The notes: generated by a model from the sequence alone, not told the origin. DNA of 64,000 nucleotides from Candidatus Poribacteria bacterium (GCA_965205015.1 OZ242029.1:4672001-4736000); one strand, 5' to 3'; shown: positions 10,485 through 21,206, counted from the first letter of the stretch. Translations and numbers: made by a program.

Positions 10485-11063
10485 CTATGAAATGACTGCA
10501 GGCACGCGTCTGTAGATATCCCGCAACGGAAGTTCGCAACCGATGGAAATCAGGGGCAACACATCTTCATACCTCCGAAACTCGGTCGCGACCCACTGCA
10601 TCTTCATAAGACGATACTGTTCAACACAAAGCCTGTCCTGTGAAACGAGGATGTATTCTCGCAAGGATATGAGTTCTTGATACTGTGCAAATTTCTCGCC
10701 TCTGTCAAATACTTCCGTTGATGGTGAAAGCACCTCTACAACAAGGGTAGGGTTGAGAAGTGTGTCAAAGACATTATCCTCAAATTCGGGGTCGCCGCAA
10801 AAAACGATAACATCCGGATAAAAATAGGCACCTTTCGCACCCGTCTTCACGCGCATATCGTTGCTGATGACCTCACAATCCCGTCCTCTTAGTTGGATGT
10901 TAAGTTCAGTAACGATATCGGCAATGATGCGAGTAAGGGTAAGACTCGCTCCGGACATTGCAATTATCTGACCGCTCAGGTATTCGCTTTTAACTGTCGC
11001 CTTACGTTCCGAAGCGAGGTATTCCTCTGGTGTAAAGAAGGTTTCTGCTGCAAGGGACGACAT
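10485..11063 (-). CDS. Uma2 family (DUF820) putative endonuclease
   Basis: TPEEYL, EYLSGQIIAMSGAS, YPDV, VEVLSPST, DRGEKF and EYILVSQD motifs. Confidence 0.9.
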   Translation of the reverse strand: MSSLAAETFFTPEEYLASERKATVKSEYLSGQIIAMSGASLTLTRIIADIVTELNIQLRGRDCEVISNDMRVKTGAKGAYFYPDVIVFCGDPEFEDNVFDTLLNPTLVVEVLSPSTEVFDRGEKFAQYQELISLREYILVSQDRLCVEQYRLMKMQWVATEFRRYEDVLPLISIGCELPLRDIYRRVPAVIS

Positions 11064-11289
11064 ATTTATCTCCTTGAATGTGACGCGCCAACCCGTTCTG
11101 TTATCCAATTATAGCATATCGTCGTTCGTATTGCAAGAAGAGTTTGCAGGCACCGAAGGGTATTTACGTTTAATGTGCGAAAGTAATGTGCGAAAGAGAC
11201 TTGCAATTTGCGAGGAGAGCTGCTACAATTTTTTACAGACGGGCGGAATAACTTGACCCCATACCAAACAACGGAGCAAGACACAAAGC

Positions 11290-12399
11290 GTGAAAAGACG
11301 AAAAATTCTCATCCTCTGTATCGATGCGGGTAGCCATGAGTACCTCGCAGCGAGCGATCTTCCCACCATCTGCCAGTTGGCAAAAAACGGATTTTATGTC
11401 CATGCCAATGCCGTTATCCCCTCGGTCACGAACGTCAACAACGTCAGCATTGCAACCGGATCCTTTCCCGAAACGCACGGTATCACGACGAATTACCATG
11501 TAGACAGGACAACCGGCAAAGGGGAATTTATCGAGGACAACCGCTTCCTCCTCGCGCCGACACTTTTTGAAATCGCAAAAGCCTGCAAATTCGCAGACAA
11601 AACGGCACTCTTCGTAACGAAGAAAAAATTACTACGGATGCTCGAAGCAGGCACAGATATAGCGATCGCCGCTGAATCACCACCTTCTGGATACATTCAC
11701 ACAGTCGGACCGGTTGAACCGATCTATTCAGCCGAAATCAATTGGTGGTTGCTTCGTGCCGTGCATGCGGTGCTACGCACAGACTCCCCAGAACTCGTCT
11801 ACTGCTCAACAACGGATTGGGTTCAACACAAATACGCCCCGGATGATGATCTCTCCCAACAGCACCTTGCGGAATTGGATAGGATTATCGGGAATATCAT
11901 TGATGATGACCCGGAACGTGAAATCTATATTACAGCCGATCACGGGATGTTGGCAAAAACGACTGCCATTGATCCAGGGCGCGTCCTAACAGAACACGGT
12001 ATCCCTGCAAGTGCTATCCCCATTATTAAGGATCGTTACGTCGCGCATCACGGCAATTTGGGGGGTGCCGCTTATGTGTTCCTCAAGGATCGCACCGATA
12101 TATCGCAAGCGATTCAAACCCTTCTGAATACGCCCGGTATTGAAGAGGTCCATTCCTCGGAAGATGCGGCACGCACATTCAGGCTCCATCGTGAACGGAT
12201 CGGAGACCTTTTCGTATTAGCAGACGAAACGACTGTTTTCGGTGAGTTGGAAACGGCTGTAGAACCGACTGCGGTGCGTTCACACGGGTCGCGGCACGAG
12301 AGTTACGTGCCAATCATTGGCTACAATAGCCCGTGGTCGGCAACAGATTTTGAATATAATGTCGATGTCGGAAGACTATTTTTAGAAAGTTTACGTTAG
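11290..12399 (+). CDS. phnA: Phosphonoacetate hydrolase-like alkaline phosphatase superfamily enzyme
   Basis: PSVTNVNNVSIATG, STTDWVQHKYAP, TADHGM, HH and RSHG match the PhnA metal-binding motifs. Confidence 0.7.
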   Translation: MKRRKILILCIDAGSHEYLAASDLPTICQLAKNGFYVHANAVIPSVTNVNNVSIATGSFPETHGITTNYHVDRTTGKGEFIEDNRFLLAPTLFEIAKACKFADKTALFVTKKKLLRMLEAGTDIAIAAESPPSGYIHTVGPVEPIYSAEINWWLLRAVHAVLRTDSPELVYCSTTDWVQHKYAPDDDLSQQHLAELDRIIGNIIDDDPEREIYITADHGMLAKTTAIDPGRVLTEHGIPASAIPIIKDRYVAHHGNLGGAAYVFLKDRTDISQAIQTLLNTPGIEEVHSSEDAARTFRLHRERIGDLFVLADETTVFGELETAVEPTAVRSHGSRHESYVPIIGYNSPWSATDFEYNVDVGRLFLESLR

Positions 12400-12445
12400 G
12401 CAATTGTAGCGTAGACTGTTAGTCTGCATCACAAAAGGAGCAAAT

Positions 12446-13054
12446 ATGTTAACAGAAAAAGAGAAAACTGAAGGATGGATATCCCTGTTCGATGGTGAGA
12501 CACTCACGGGTTGGGGAGCCACTGGAAGTGCCGAAGGGTGGGTTATTGATGATGGCAGTATTCTCTGCACCGTTCAGGGCGGAAAATACCTCTATACCGA
12601 ACAACACTACGGTAACTTCATACTCGCACTCGACTTCAAAACGGAGCCGAAAGTCAATAGCGGAATTTTTGTCCGATGGGCAGATCTGGAGGACGCCGTT
12701 CAGAGCGGACTCGAAATCCAGATTTTAGATACACACGGCAAGGAACCCACCGATAGCCACGACTGTGGTGCGCTCTACGATGCTTTGGGACCCACCCGAA
12801 ATACGTGTAAACCCGCTGGGGAATGGAATCAGATGACGATCACGTGCGATGGCAGTATTATCGCAGTGACACTCAACGGTGAAGAAATCGTCCGCGCAGA
12901 TTTGGACGAGTGGGACACGCCACACCAAAACCCAGATGGAAGTCGGAACAAATTCGGCATTGCCCTCAAAGATTTCCCCCGGAGCGGACATATCGGGATT
13001 CAGGACCACGGCGGAAAAATCTGGTGCAGAAACATTAAAGTCAAACCGCTATAG
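12446..13054 (+). CDS. DUF1080 (3-keto-disaccharide hydrolase family) protein
   Basis: GWISLFDG, NSGIF, EIQILD, GEWN and GHIGIQDHG motifs. Confidence 0.9.
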   Translation: MLTEKEKTEGWISLFDGETLTGWGATGSAEGWVIDDGSILCTVQGGKYLYTEQHYGNFILALDFKTEPKVNSGIFVRWADLEDAVQSGLEIQILDTHGKEPTDSHDCGALYDALGPTRNTCKPAGEWNQMTITCDGSIIAVTLNGEEIVRADLDEWDTPHQNPDGSRNKFGIALKDFPRSGHIGIQDHGGKIWCRNIKVKPL

Positions 13055-13107
13055 AAGGTCCACAGCTCGCTCTTTTATCCGTGGTTCTTAAGCTTTGCAA
13101 CTGAAAC

Positions 13108-13198
13108 AGAACTTACGCAGCATCCTTTGCTGGCGAGGTTTCAAACCTCGCCAGCGGTGTGTGGGCCGTAGGTCTTCCATAGAAATTGCGTAAATTCT
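13108..13198 (-). mobile_element. 91-bp MITE-like element, copy 2 (inverted)
   Basis: Near-identical reverse complement of 6064-6154. Confidence 0.8.
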
Positions 13199-13221
13199 AC
13201 TGACGAAAAAACGAAATCCTT

Positions 13222-13251
13222 TGGACAATCCGACAGAAGTTGTGATATACT
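13222..13251 (+). promoter_or_regulatory. Sigma70-like promoter of lepA
   Basis: TGGACA-18 nt-TATACT with an extended TG; the ATG is only 9 nt downstream and has no SD. Confidence 0.55.
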
Positions 13252-13260
13252 ATCTATATT

Positions 13261-15066
13261 ATGCCAACGAATCTTGAAAACATACGGAATTTCTGCATTT
13301 TAGGGCACATCGACCACGGAAAAAGCACACTGAGCGATAGACTCCTCGAGCACACAAACACGCTCGCTGCGCGCGAGATGCGCGAACAGGTGCTGGATTT
13401 GATGGATTTAGAGCGTGAACGCGGTATCACTATTAAAGCAACCGCTGTCAAACTCCATTACCCCGCCGCTGATGGAAACCGCTACGAACTTAATTTGATC
13501 GATACACCCGGACACGTCGATTTCACGTACGAGGTCTCCCGGAGCCTCGCTGCGTGCGAAGGTGCCATTCTCATCGTTGATGCCGCCCAAGGGGTCGAAG
13601 CACAAACCTTAGCGAACGCATATCTCGCGATTGACAATGACCTTGAGATTATCCCCGTCGTCAATAAAATTGATTTACCTACCGCACAACCCGATGAAGC
13701 CAGACGACAGATCGAAGAGGTCATCGGTATCCCTGCTGACGATGCACTCCTCGTGAGCGCGAAAATGGGGACCGGTATCCCCTCAATATTAGAAGCGATT
13801 ATCAACCGAATCCCTGCACCTATCGGCGAACCGGAAGCCCCTTTAAAGGCACTCGTGCTCGACTCCGTCTATAATAACTATCGGGGGGTCATTATGTACA
13901 CGCGTATCTTTGAGGGGAGTGTGAAGATAGGGGAAAAGGTTCAACTCATGGAGACGAAACGTTCCTATGAGGTTGAGGAGGTCGGCATCTTCACACCAGA
14001 AATGCAACCGACCGCTGAACTCCGCACGGGTGCCGTCGGCTACCTCATCGCAGGCATCCGAGAGATCGACAAAGCGAAAATCGGGGATACAATCACGCAT
14101 CATACGAAACCGACAGCAACACCGCTTCCCGGTTATCGAGAGATGAAACCGCTTGTATTCAGCGGTCTCTATCCGGCAGACACAAACCAGTTTCATGCCC
14201 TGCGCGAGGCACTCGATAAACTACGCCTCAACGATTCCTCCTTCAATTTTGAACCTGAGACCTCCGTTGCCCTCGGTTTCGGGTTTCGGTGCGGTTTTCT
14301 CGGCTTGCTTCACATGGAAATTATTCATGAACGCCTCGAGCGGGAATTCGGACTCGCGCTCGTACGAACTGCACCGAGTGTGATGTATCGAGTCCACTTG
14401 AAAACGGGTGGGTACGTGCCGGTCGACAATCCAGCACATCTCCCAGAACCAAATAATATCGAACGAATTGAAGAACCGTATGTCAATATTGACATTATCG
14501 TTCCTCGCGACTATATTGGAAATGCGATGGAACTTTGTCAGAAGCGTCGGGGTATATATAAGCGGATGAACCAATTGGATGCACATCGCGTGCAACTGCT
14601 TTATGAACTCCCGCTCAGCGAAATGTTAATAGATTTCTATCCGAAACTTAAATCGTTGACACGCGGGTACGGTTCGTTAGAATATGATATCGGAGAATAT
14701 AAAACTGAAAAACTCGTCAAATTAGATGTGTTGCTGAACGGGAACCCCGTAGACGCGCTCTCAACGATTCTGCCACAAGACAATGCCGAAACGCGTGGTA
14801 AGGCATTAGTGACCAAATTGAAAGAATTAATTCCGCGCCAAATGTTTGAAGTCCCCGTTCAAGCCGCAATCGGCAACAAGATTGTTGCCCGTGAAACAGT
14901 TCGGGCACTTCGAAAAAATGTTACGGCGAAATGTTACGGCGGTGATGTGACGCGAAAACGGAAATTGCTTGAAAGACAGAAAGAAGGTAAAAAACGTCTC
15001 AAACAGATTGGCAACGTTGATGTGCCACAAGAAGCGTTCACGGCAATGCTTGCAACTGACGATTAA
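13261..15066 (+). CDS. lepA: Elongation factor 4
   Basis: [37 protein letters not shown] and KCYGGD motifs. Confidence 0.98.
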   Translation: MPTNLENIRNFCILGHIDHGKSTLSDRLLEHTNTLAAREMREQVLDLMDLERERGITIKATAVKLHYPAADGNRYELNLIDTPGHVDFTYEVSRSLAACEGAILIVDAAQGVEAQTLANAYLAIDNDLEIIPVVNKIDLPTAQPDEARRQIEEVIGIPADDALLVSAKMGTGIPSILEAIINRIPAPIGEPEAPLKALVLDSVYNNYRGVIMYTRIFEGSVKIGEKVQLMETKRSYEVEEVGIFTPEMQPTAELRTGAVGYLIAGIREIDKAKIGDTITHHTKPTATPLPGYREMKPLVFSGLYPADTNQFHALREALDKLRLNDSSFNFEPETSVALGFGFRCGFLGLLHMEIIHERLEREFGLALVRTAPSVMYRVHLKTGGYVPVDNPAHLPEPNNIERIEEPYVNIDIIVPRDYIGNAMELCQKRRGIYKRMNQLDAHRVQLLYELPLSEMLIDFYPKLKSLTRGYGSLEYDIGEYKTEKLVKLDVLLNGNPVDALSTILPQDNAETRGKALVTKLKELIPRQMFEVPVQAAIGNKIVARETVRALRKNVTAKCYGGDVTRKRKLLERQKEGKKRLKQIGNVDVPQEAFTAMLATDD

Positions 15067-15103
15067 CAGGAGTAGGCACACGCCGTATGCCATAATATTC
15101 ACC

Positions 15104-15907
15104 ATGAACAATAATACACAGAAACACTCTCAGGTAACCGAAGAAAAAAGAATTCGGAAAGCAGCGATTTGTGAACATGCAAAATTCATCATTGTTTTAC
15201 TGATTCTTATGTTCGGTCTCATACGTCCATTTATTGTTGAAGCGTATAGGATTCCATCCGGATCCATGGAAGATACACTTCTCATCGGAGATCAGATTCT
15301 GGTATGCAAGTTTATCTATGGGGTCAAGGTCCCTGGCACGGATATAAAAATTTTTGATTTTCACGAACCCGCACGCGGTGATATCGCCGTTTTTATTCCG
15401 TCCCACGATGAACGACATTTTATTAAGCGCATTGTAGCCGTTGAAGGGGATACCGTTGAAACACGGGACGATACACTTTATGTGAACGGTAAAGCAGTTG
15501 AAGACAAGCACTACACGAAGCATCTGCGGTTCAGCCATTTTAGAAAAGATTTCCCACCCTTCCGGATACCCGAACATCTTCCGACTGGCGAAAGTTATGA
15601 CGACTATACCCTGACCGAAAGTCAATTTAGACGCAAGTACCCTCAAGGAAATCCATTCATTGTGCCAAAAGGGATGGTGTTCGTCATGGGCGATAACCGC
15701 GACCAGAGTAGTGATAGCCGTTTCTGGGGACCCGTTGCTGTAGATGATATCAAAGGACAAGCGTTCATGATTGTGTTTTCGGTTGCCAAGCGTCCGGCGA
15801 AGTTGTGGGAAGTATGGAAGCTGATAGGCAACATTCGGTTTAATCGTATTGGTAAACTTATCCCTTCGGAATCTGATTCGTTCAAGGCAAACTATGGTAG
15901 ATTTTAG
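15104..15907 (+). CDS. lepB: Signal peptidase I, paralog 1
   Basis: IPSGSMEDTL (Ser), FIKR (Lys) and GDNRDQSSDSRFWG motifs; ATG at 15104. Confidence 0.92.
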   Translation: MNNNTQKHSQVTEEKRIRKAAICEHAKFIIVLLILMFGLIRPFIVEAYRIPSGSMEDTLLIGDQILVCKFIYGVKVPGTDIKIFDFHEPARGDIAVFIPSHDERHFIKRIVAVEGDTVETRDDTLYVNGKAVEDKHYTKHLRFSHFRKDFPPFRIPEHLPTGESYDDYTLTESQFRRKYPQGNPFIVPKGMVFVMGDNRDQSSDSRFWGPVAVDDIKGQAFMIVFSVAKRPAKLWEVWKLIGNIRFNRIGKLIPSESDSFKANYGRF

Positions 15908-15986
15908 GTAGATTTTAGAATTACTTGGACATTGTAATTGGTGTATTTGTGGGCAGTAATTGGTGTATTTGTGGGCAGTAATTGGT

Positions 15987-17341
15987 CTGATATTTATCAC
16001 AGTTATCATGAAGGCAGTAATAACAAAGAGAAAGCAGGTATAGCAAGGTGAAAATGCGATGGTTTTGAAAAGGGTGCTTGATTTTTAGCACATGAAATGG
16101 CATCCTAAGGATTCAGAGAACCACCTTTGAGTCATTAGGAGGCCATCGCATGCGTGATCATCTTATCAAATCCACCCTCTTTTTTCAAGACCTTCTTTGT
16201 TCTTCCTTTCAGTGTATGAAGCGTCAAGTCGTTGAGACACTGCTGCTGCTCTGCGTTTGTCATCTCTTTGGACTTTACAACCCGAATCAAGTTGCCGATG
16301 CCTTGGAACTTCCGAAAGCCGGTCTTTATCGGCACCTCGGTTCTCTGAGTTTCTATCACTCGAAGTCTTTGAATCTACGACTCGGGTGTGCGATGGCAGT
16401 CGATTTCATCAAAGACGCCGAAAGCAAGAGTGCTTCAACGCAATCGCGGCGGCGGATTACCGTCAGTGTTGATGATACGAATCTACCTCGCTACGGAGAG
16501 ACGCTCTCTTATTGTTCAAAGTGGTGGTCGAAAAAACACAAGACCTCTATCTGGTGTCAGAACGTCTTAGGGATCACACTAAAAGTTGGCGATCGCGTGA
16601 TTCCATTACAGACGCGTCTTGTCAGTAAACAAGGACGTGGCAATACAGATAAACCGAGTCTTGCGATAGCGATGCTCAAAGATGTCTTAGATTTCTTTGA
16701 TACCCAAGGCGTTGATCTAAGAAAGTATCCGATTACCTTCGATTCGTGGTATGGCAGTCGTAAACTCGTTGAGGCCTTATCGGAGTTAGGGTTTGCTTGC
16801 ATACTCGTTCACGGAAAAAACAACTATGTCATGACCATAGGCGATACAACTGCGAAACTTTCGGCTCATAAAAAGCACATAGAGTTGCGTGAAGATCAAT
16901 GGGGGTGTGATAAACCCGTCTGTCGTCTCAAAGCGGAAAGCCCAACTTTTGGCGAGTGTGTCGTCATCTTCTTTGTGGATCGGAAAAAGATACGCACCCT
17001 CTTAATCTTTGGTAAACCGCTACGCACCTGCGAGGCACTGAGGATTTGGTCGCAACACCATGGTATTGAACAGTATTGGCGGTATTTGAAATCGAGTTTG
17101 CACATCTCCGCGATGAGTTTGGAAAGCAGAGAAGGTGCGTATGTGAGTCTTGGCATAAAAGCCATGAGCTACCTGATGTTGCTTCAAGTTAGCATCTCAG
17201 AGCGACGCACATTTCATCAAATACAGCTTCAACTCACCGGAGAAAGACAGACGCTCATGGATTTCATGACGCATTTTCATAAACTTAATCCTAAAGAACC
17301 TTGATAACTATTGCTTTAGGACAACTTTTGAGAAATATCAG
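15987..17341 (+). mobile_element. Complete insertion sequence (IS4-superfamily, IS701/ISH3-like), 1355 bp
   Basis: Imperfect TIRs CTGATATTT(A/C)TCA... at both ends; 5-bp target duplication TTGGT at 15982-15986 and 17342-17346. Confidence 0.88.
16150..17304 (+). CDS. DDE transposase
   Basis: VSVDDT, ITFDSWY and HHGIEQYWRYLK form a D-D-E triad pattern. Confidence 0.88.
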   Translation: MRDHLIKSTLFFQDLLCSSFQCMKRQVVETLLLLCVCHLFGLYNPNQVADALELPKAGLYRHLGSLSFYHSKSLNLRLGCAMAVDFIKDAESKSASTQSRRRITVSVDDTNLPRYGETLSYCSKWWSKKHKTSIWCQNVLGITLKVGDRVIPLQTRLVSKQGRGNTDKPSLAIAMLKDVLDFFDTQGVDLRKYPITFDSWYGSRKLVEALSELGFACILVHGKNNYVMTIGDTTAKLSAHKKHIELREDQWGCDKPVCRLKAESPTFGECVVIFFVDRKKIRTLLIFGKPLRTCEALRIWSQHHGIEQYWRYLKSSLHISAMSLESREGAYVSLGIKAMSYLMLLQVSISERRTFHQIQLQLTGERQTLMDFMTHFHKLNPKEP

Positions 17342-17376
17342 TTGGTGTATTTGTGGGCAGTAATTGGTGTATTTGT

Positions 17377-17402
17377 GGGCAGGCACAAGACCTGCCCCTA
17401 CA
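17377..17402 (-). repeat. GTAG-type REP palindrome
   Basis: Minus strand TGTAGGGGCAGGTCTTGTGCCTGCCC; an interrupted second copy is at 40904-40950. Confidence 0.7.
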
Positions 17403-17482
17403 AGATGTCCGCATATTTTGATAATTCACCATAAATTGAGAAAGGGAGAATGCTTTCTTACTAACACCGGCTTTATAATATT

Positions 17483-18250
17483 ATGAATAACAACGATACA
17501 CAGTTATCTAAATGGCAAAAATTTCGGAAGACGATTGTATGGGAATATACCCAAGTCATCGTCGTCGCCCTCATTCTCGTTTTCGGATTCATACGTCCTT
17601 TTGTTGTTGAGGCATTCAAAATCCCCTCCGGCTCAATGGAAGATACGCTTCTTATCGGAGACCGGATTTTGGTATGCAAATTTATCTACGGCATCAAAAT
17701 CCCCGGCACAGACATCAAGGTTCTTGATTTCCATAAGCCTGCCCGAGGCGATGTTTTCGTTTTCATCCCACCCCACGATCGGAAACGAAATTTCATCAAA
17801 CGCATCGTAGCCATTGAAGGGGATACCATCGAAACGAACGGCGACACACTCTATGTAAACGGTGAAGCGGTCGACGATCAGCATTACACGAAATACATGA
17901 ACTTCAGCCATTTTAGAAAAGATTTTCCACCGTTCCGGGAACCAGAATATCTCCCCACAGGTGAAAGTTATGACGACTACACCTTGACTGAAAGCCAGTT
18001 TAGGCACAAGTATCCCGAAGGAAATCCATTCACGGTGCCCAAAGGCAGGGTGTTTGCCATGGGTGATAATCGCGATCAGAGCAGTGATAGCCGTCGGTGG
18101 GGTCCCGTAGATGTAAGCGATATCAAAGGACAAGCATTTATGGTGTACTGGTCATCTGATTCTCGTCCAGCGAAGTTGTGGGAAGTGTGGAAGATCGTCG
18201 GTAACGTCCGCTTCAAGCGAATCGGCAAACTCATCCATACTCAGCCTTAA
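17483..18250 (+). CDS. lepB: Signal peptidase I, paralog 2
   Basis: IPSGSMEDTL, NFIKR and GDNRDQSSDSRRWG motifs; highly similar to paralog 1. Confidence 0.93.
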   Translation: MNNNDTQLSKWQKFRKTIVWEYTQVIVVALILVFGFIRPFVVEAFKIPSGSMEDTLLIGDRILVCKFIYGIKIPGTDIKVLDFHKPARGDVFVFIPPHDRKRNFIKRIVAIEGDTIETNGDTLYVNGEAVDDQHYTKYMNFSHFRKDFPPFREPEYLPTGESYDDYTLTESQFRHKYPEGNPFTVPKGRVFAMGDNRDQSSDSRRWGPVDVSDIKGQAFMVYWSSDSRPAKLWEVWKIVGNVRFKRIGKLIHTQP

Positions 18251-18392
18251 TAGTTTTCAGTTATCGGTTATCAGTTGTCAGTTAAGAGACATTCTGTAAC
18301 CATTGGAAAAAAGTTTGGAGTACTCCAAGAAGCGGTGGATTATACCCGAAGTCCTTTTAGCTGATAACGGACGACGGACGACGGACAACCGG
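18251..18392. repeat. Heptamer (TTATCAG/TTGTCAG-like) intergenic repeat element with complementary distal arm
   Basis: GTTATCGGTTATCAGTTGTCAGTTAAGAG ... CTTTTAGCTGATAACGGACGACGGAC. Related tracts near 24055, 28160, 31075, 36300 and 45748. Confidence 0.7.
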
Positions 18393-18402
18393 AAGAAAAC
18401 CG

Positions 18403-20343
18403 ATGCATCAAGACAGACGACACCTCATCATTGGAACAGCAGGTCACGTTGACCACGGGAAAACCGCGCTCGTCGGGGCACTTACCGGCATGGAGACGGA
18501 TCGGCTTAAGGAAGAGAAAGAACGTGGTTTGTCTATTGAGTTAGGGTTCGCCTACTTCGACCTCCCGGACAACTCGCGTGCGGGTATCGTTGACGTTCCA
18601 GGGCACGAAAAATTCATCCGAAACATGCTCTCTGGGGCTTACGGTATGGATATCGTCCTCTTTGTCGTCGATGCGAAGGAAGGCGTTCAGGAACAGACCC
18701 TCGAACATCTGGCGATCTTAGATCTGCTCGGCATCTCAAACGGTATCCTCGTTATGACGAAATCGGACTTGGCAACCGCTGATGAATTGGCGGAAGCAAC
18801 CGAAATGACGCAGGAGATGCTCGTCGACACAAGCCTTGAAGGCATCCCAACTGTGAGTGTTTCCGCCATAACCGGTGCCGGTATTGAAACATTAAAAGAG
18901 ACCATCGTCACGCAGGTAGCAGTGGCGACGGAAACCGAAGAAAATGATGGTATTCCGCGGTTATACGTTGACAGAGTTTTTACTGTTCAAGGGTTTGGGG
19001 TTGTTGTGACAGGCACGCTCATCGGGGGCACCATCCATCAAGACCAGCGGATGGTGCTTCTTCCGCAGGGTCATGCGGTGCGGGTCCGAGGCATACAGGT
19101 GCACAATGAAACAGCCTCCGTCGCACAAGCCGGGCAGAGAACAGCATTGAACCTCTCCGGTATCTCTGCCCAGGACCTTCAACGCGGCGATGTCCTCTGC
19201 CCAATTGAATTCTCACAAGTGACGGATAATATTGACGTGTCGATGCAAGTGCTGTCCTCATTTCCACGGATGCTTGAACATTGGACGCGTCTCCGGGCGT
19301 ATCTCGGCACTCGCGAAATATTTTGCAGACTCATTCTACTCGTGGACGATGCCATTTTGCCGGGGGATACCATCCAGGTTCAACTTCGCTTAGAACACCC
19401 TATCCTAACGTTCAGAGGCGACAGAATTATTTTACGCGATTTTTCAGCACAATATACAGTCGGGGGTGGTGAAGTTATTAACCCATTTGCTCCGAAGCAT
19501 AAGCGGTTCACGCCAGAAACCATCGCCACTTTAGCACAATGGGAAGAAGCCGATGATGTGCAGATCGTGAACACTGTCTTAGAAAATAGCGAAACCCTTT
19601 GCGTGCCAGAGTCCTTCCTTCACTACTATTTACCGCATTCACAGACCAACGTGAATGCTATTTTGAGTCGCTTGGAAGCAGATGAAAAAATCGTACGTTG
19701 GGATAAATCGGGGAGATCACCGCTCGTTTCTGATGCAGTGCGGACGGCAAATACCCAAGAGAAAATTATAGAAACGTTGGCAGCGTTCCATTCGGCAGAA
19801 CCCCTCCTTGCCGGTCAAAACGCTTCACAACTGCGTCGAGAACTCACATTGGACGACATCGGTTTTGAGAAACTCGAAAATCGACTCATTACCGAGGGTC
19901 AACTCGCCAAAGAGGGCAATCTTCTCCGATTGGCATCTCACGAAATCCAGTTTTCCGAAGAGGAGGAAACTGCGAAGGAGAGACTCGAAAAATTATTCTT
20001 GGAAGCCCGTATGAATACACCCACTTTCAAAGAACTCAGCACGCACCTGCCAGAATATACACCACAACTGCTTGAATCCACGTTTTACGCGCTCCTGAAC
20101 TTAGGACAGTTTGTCAAAATAGCCGATAATTTCTTTATCCACAAAACCGTTTTTGAGGAGATACAGGCATTATTAACCACTTATCTTCGTGAAAATGATA
20201 CAATAACCGTTGCCGAATTTCGAGAAACGGCACAAACTTCTCGAAAATACGCGGTCCCGTTCTTGGAATATTGCGATAGCCGGAACCTCACAATCCGAGA
20301 CGGGAATATCCGTAAGTTGCATCCGCGGCACAGAGCACCATAA
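18403..20343 (+). CDS. selB: Selenocysteine-specific elongation factor
   Basis: [32 protein letters not shown] and C-terminal [12 protein letters not shown] motifs; adjacent to tRNA-Sec. Confidence 0.96.
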   Translation: MHQDRRHLIIGTAGHVDHGKTALVGALTGMETDRLKEEKERGLSIELGFAYFDLPDNSRAGIVDVPGHEKFIRNMLSGAYGMDIVLFVVDAKEGVQEQTLEHLAILDLLGISNGILVMTKSDLATADELAEATEMTQEMLVDTSLEGIPTVSVSAITGAGIETLKETIVTQVAVATETEENDGIPRLYVDRVFTVQGFGVVVTGTLIGGTIHQDQRMVLLPQGHAVRVRGIQVHNETASVAQAGQRTALNLSGISAQDLQRGDVLCPIEFSQVTDNIDVSMQVLSSFPRMLEHWTRLRAYLGTREIFCRLILLVDDAILPGDTIQVQLRLEHPILTFRGDRIILRDFSAQYTVGGGEVINPFAPKHKRFTPETIATLAQWEEADDVQIVNTVLENSETLCVPESFLHYYLPHSQTNVNAILSRLEADEKIVRWDKSGRSPLVSDAVRTANTQEKIIETLAAFHSAEPLLAGQNASQLRRELTLDDIGFEKLENRLITEGQLAKEGNLLRLASHEIQFSEEEETAKERLEKLFLEARMNTPTFKELSTHLPEYTPQLLESTFYALLNLGQFVKIADNFFIHKTVFEEIQALLTTYLRENDTITVAEFRETAQTSRKYAVPFLEYCDSRNLTIRDGNIRKLHPRHRAP

Positions 20344-20441
20344 TTACATCACTTACTTTCTACTGGAATTCACCCAAAACCACCGTGAACGTCGTGAAGG
20401 GAACGTCGTGAAGGGTAACCAGATTCAGTAGTAAAAAAAAT

Positions 20442-20535
20442 GGGGGAGGATAGGGTCCGGTGGCCCTACCGGTCTTCAAAACCGGCTTGTCCATGCAAGT
20501 GGATAGGTGGGTTCGACTCCCACCCTCTCCCGCCA
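20442..20535 (+). tRNA. selC: tRNA-Sec (anticodon UCA)
   Basis: 8-bp acceptor GGGGGAGG/CCTCTCCC, anticodon loop CTTCAAA, long variable arm, T arm GTGGG-TTCGACT-CCCAC, GCCA end; 94 nt. Confidence 0.95.
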
Positions 20536-20623
20536 TCGGCTCAGACGTAGTAGGCACGCGCTGTCGTGTCTTAACCAACACCATAAGTGGTTATAGGCTT
20601 TAGACAACAAAAAACTTGTTAAC

Positions 20624-20652
20624 TTGACAAATAAGTGTAAAAAGGCTATACT
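20624..20652 (+). promoter_or_regulatory. Sigma70 promoter
   Basis: TTGACA-17 nt-TATACT. Confidence 0.75.
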
Positions 20653-20711
20653 CCTTAAAAGGGGTAAATACATTCTTGCTGGGGTGCTTTGCTGGAACAG
20701 GGCTTTTTGCT

Positions 20712-21116
20712 ATGAATGAAAACGGAAATGAATATGTATCACTGGTAAGAATTCCTCGTAAGTGGTTTTTCGTGTTTGTTGTCGTTTTTTCAGGACTCAT
20801 CATTGCTAATACTGTAGCAGAATTCTGCTTCGGTTGGGCTTGGAAAGATTTAGGAGAAACGACATTAGCACGAATGGCAGTTTTAATGACGTTAATAGTT
20901 GGTTGGTTTTTCATACTATCACACATATTGGAGGCTATTATGTTAGGGTATGCAAAACTCTTTAAAAACAGAATCCTTGCTGAAGCCGAAGAGAAATTGT
21001 ATAAGAAATTAGAGCAAGCTCAAAAAGAAGGCAAAACGCTGGAAGAAGTACTGGAAGCACGCAATGCTGAAAAGAATGGCAAGACCCATCAGCATTCCGG
21101 CTCTAAAACAGCATAA
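20712..21116 (+). CDS. Small 2-TM membrane protein with a charged C-terminal tail and an internal in-frame start at 20940
   Basis: Two hydrophobic segments, then a K/E-rich helix; GGAGG at 20930-20934 precedes in-frame ATG 20940. Confidence 0.65.
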   Translation: MNENGNEYVSLVRIPRKWFFVFVVVFSGLIIANTVAEFCFGWAWKDLGETTLARMAVLMTLIVGWFFILSHILEAIMLGYAKLFKNRILAEAEEKLYKKLEQAQKEGKTLEEVLEARNAEKNGKTHQHSGSKTA

Positions 21117-21133
21117 TACAGTTAATCTATAAG

Positions 21134-21167
21134 AAAGCCATTGGCTAATTAAGTCAGTGGCTTTTTT
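21134..21167 (+). terminator. Intrinsic terminator
   Basis: AAAGCCATTGGC-taattaa-GTCAGTGGCTTT followed by a T run. Confidence 0.75.
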
Positions 21168-21206
21168 GAGGTTTGCCAAGCTCGAAACGACTCAGTAAAC
21201 TAAAAA

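Larger units (their letters stand above)
15934..17381 (+). repeat. 22-bp tandem repeat (4 units) interrupted by an IS
   Basis: GTAATTGGTGTATTTGTGGGCA at 15934-15986 (2 units plus a partial) and 17342-17381. Confidence 0.9.

Noticed and set aside
15197-16009. 270-aa antisense ORF and other long antisense ORFs (e.g. 3930-4640, 44436-45197)
   Set aside because: Shadow frames of well-supported genes, with no recognisable motifs.
15934-17381. 22-bp repeats as a CRISPR array
   Set aside because: Units are directly adjacent with no spacers, and there are no cas genes; the intervening DNA is an IS.
20387-20414. 14-bp tandem repeat GAACGTCGTGAAGG x2 before tRNA-Sec
   Set aside because: Only two copies and no supportable function; likely slippage.
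18403-20535. Selenoprotein genes near selB/selC
   Set aside because: I found no ORF with a convincing in-frame TGA plus continued homology. TGA stops mostly overlap the next start, and the rhodanese has Cys. selA and selD are not in the window.
20520-21200. Integrated element at tRNA-Sec
   Set aside because: No integrase and no duplicated tRNA 3' end were seen; only a single small cassette follows.
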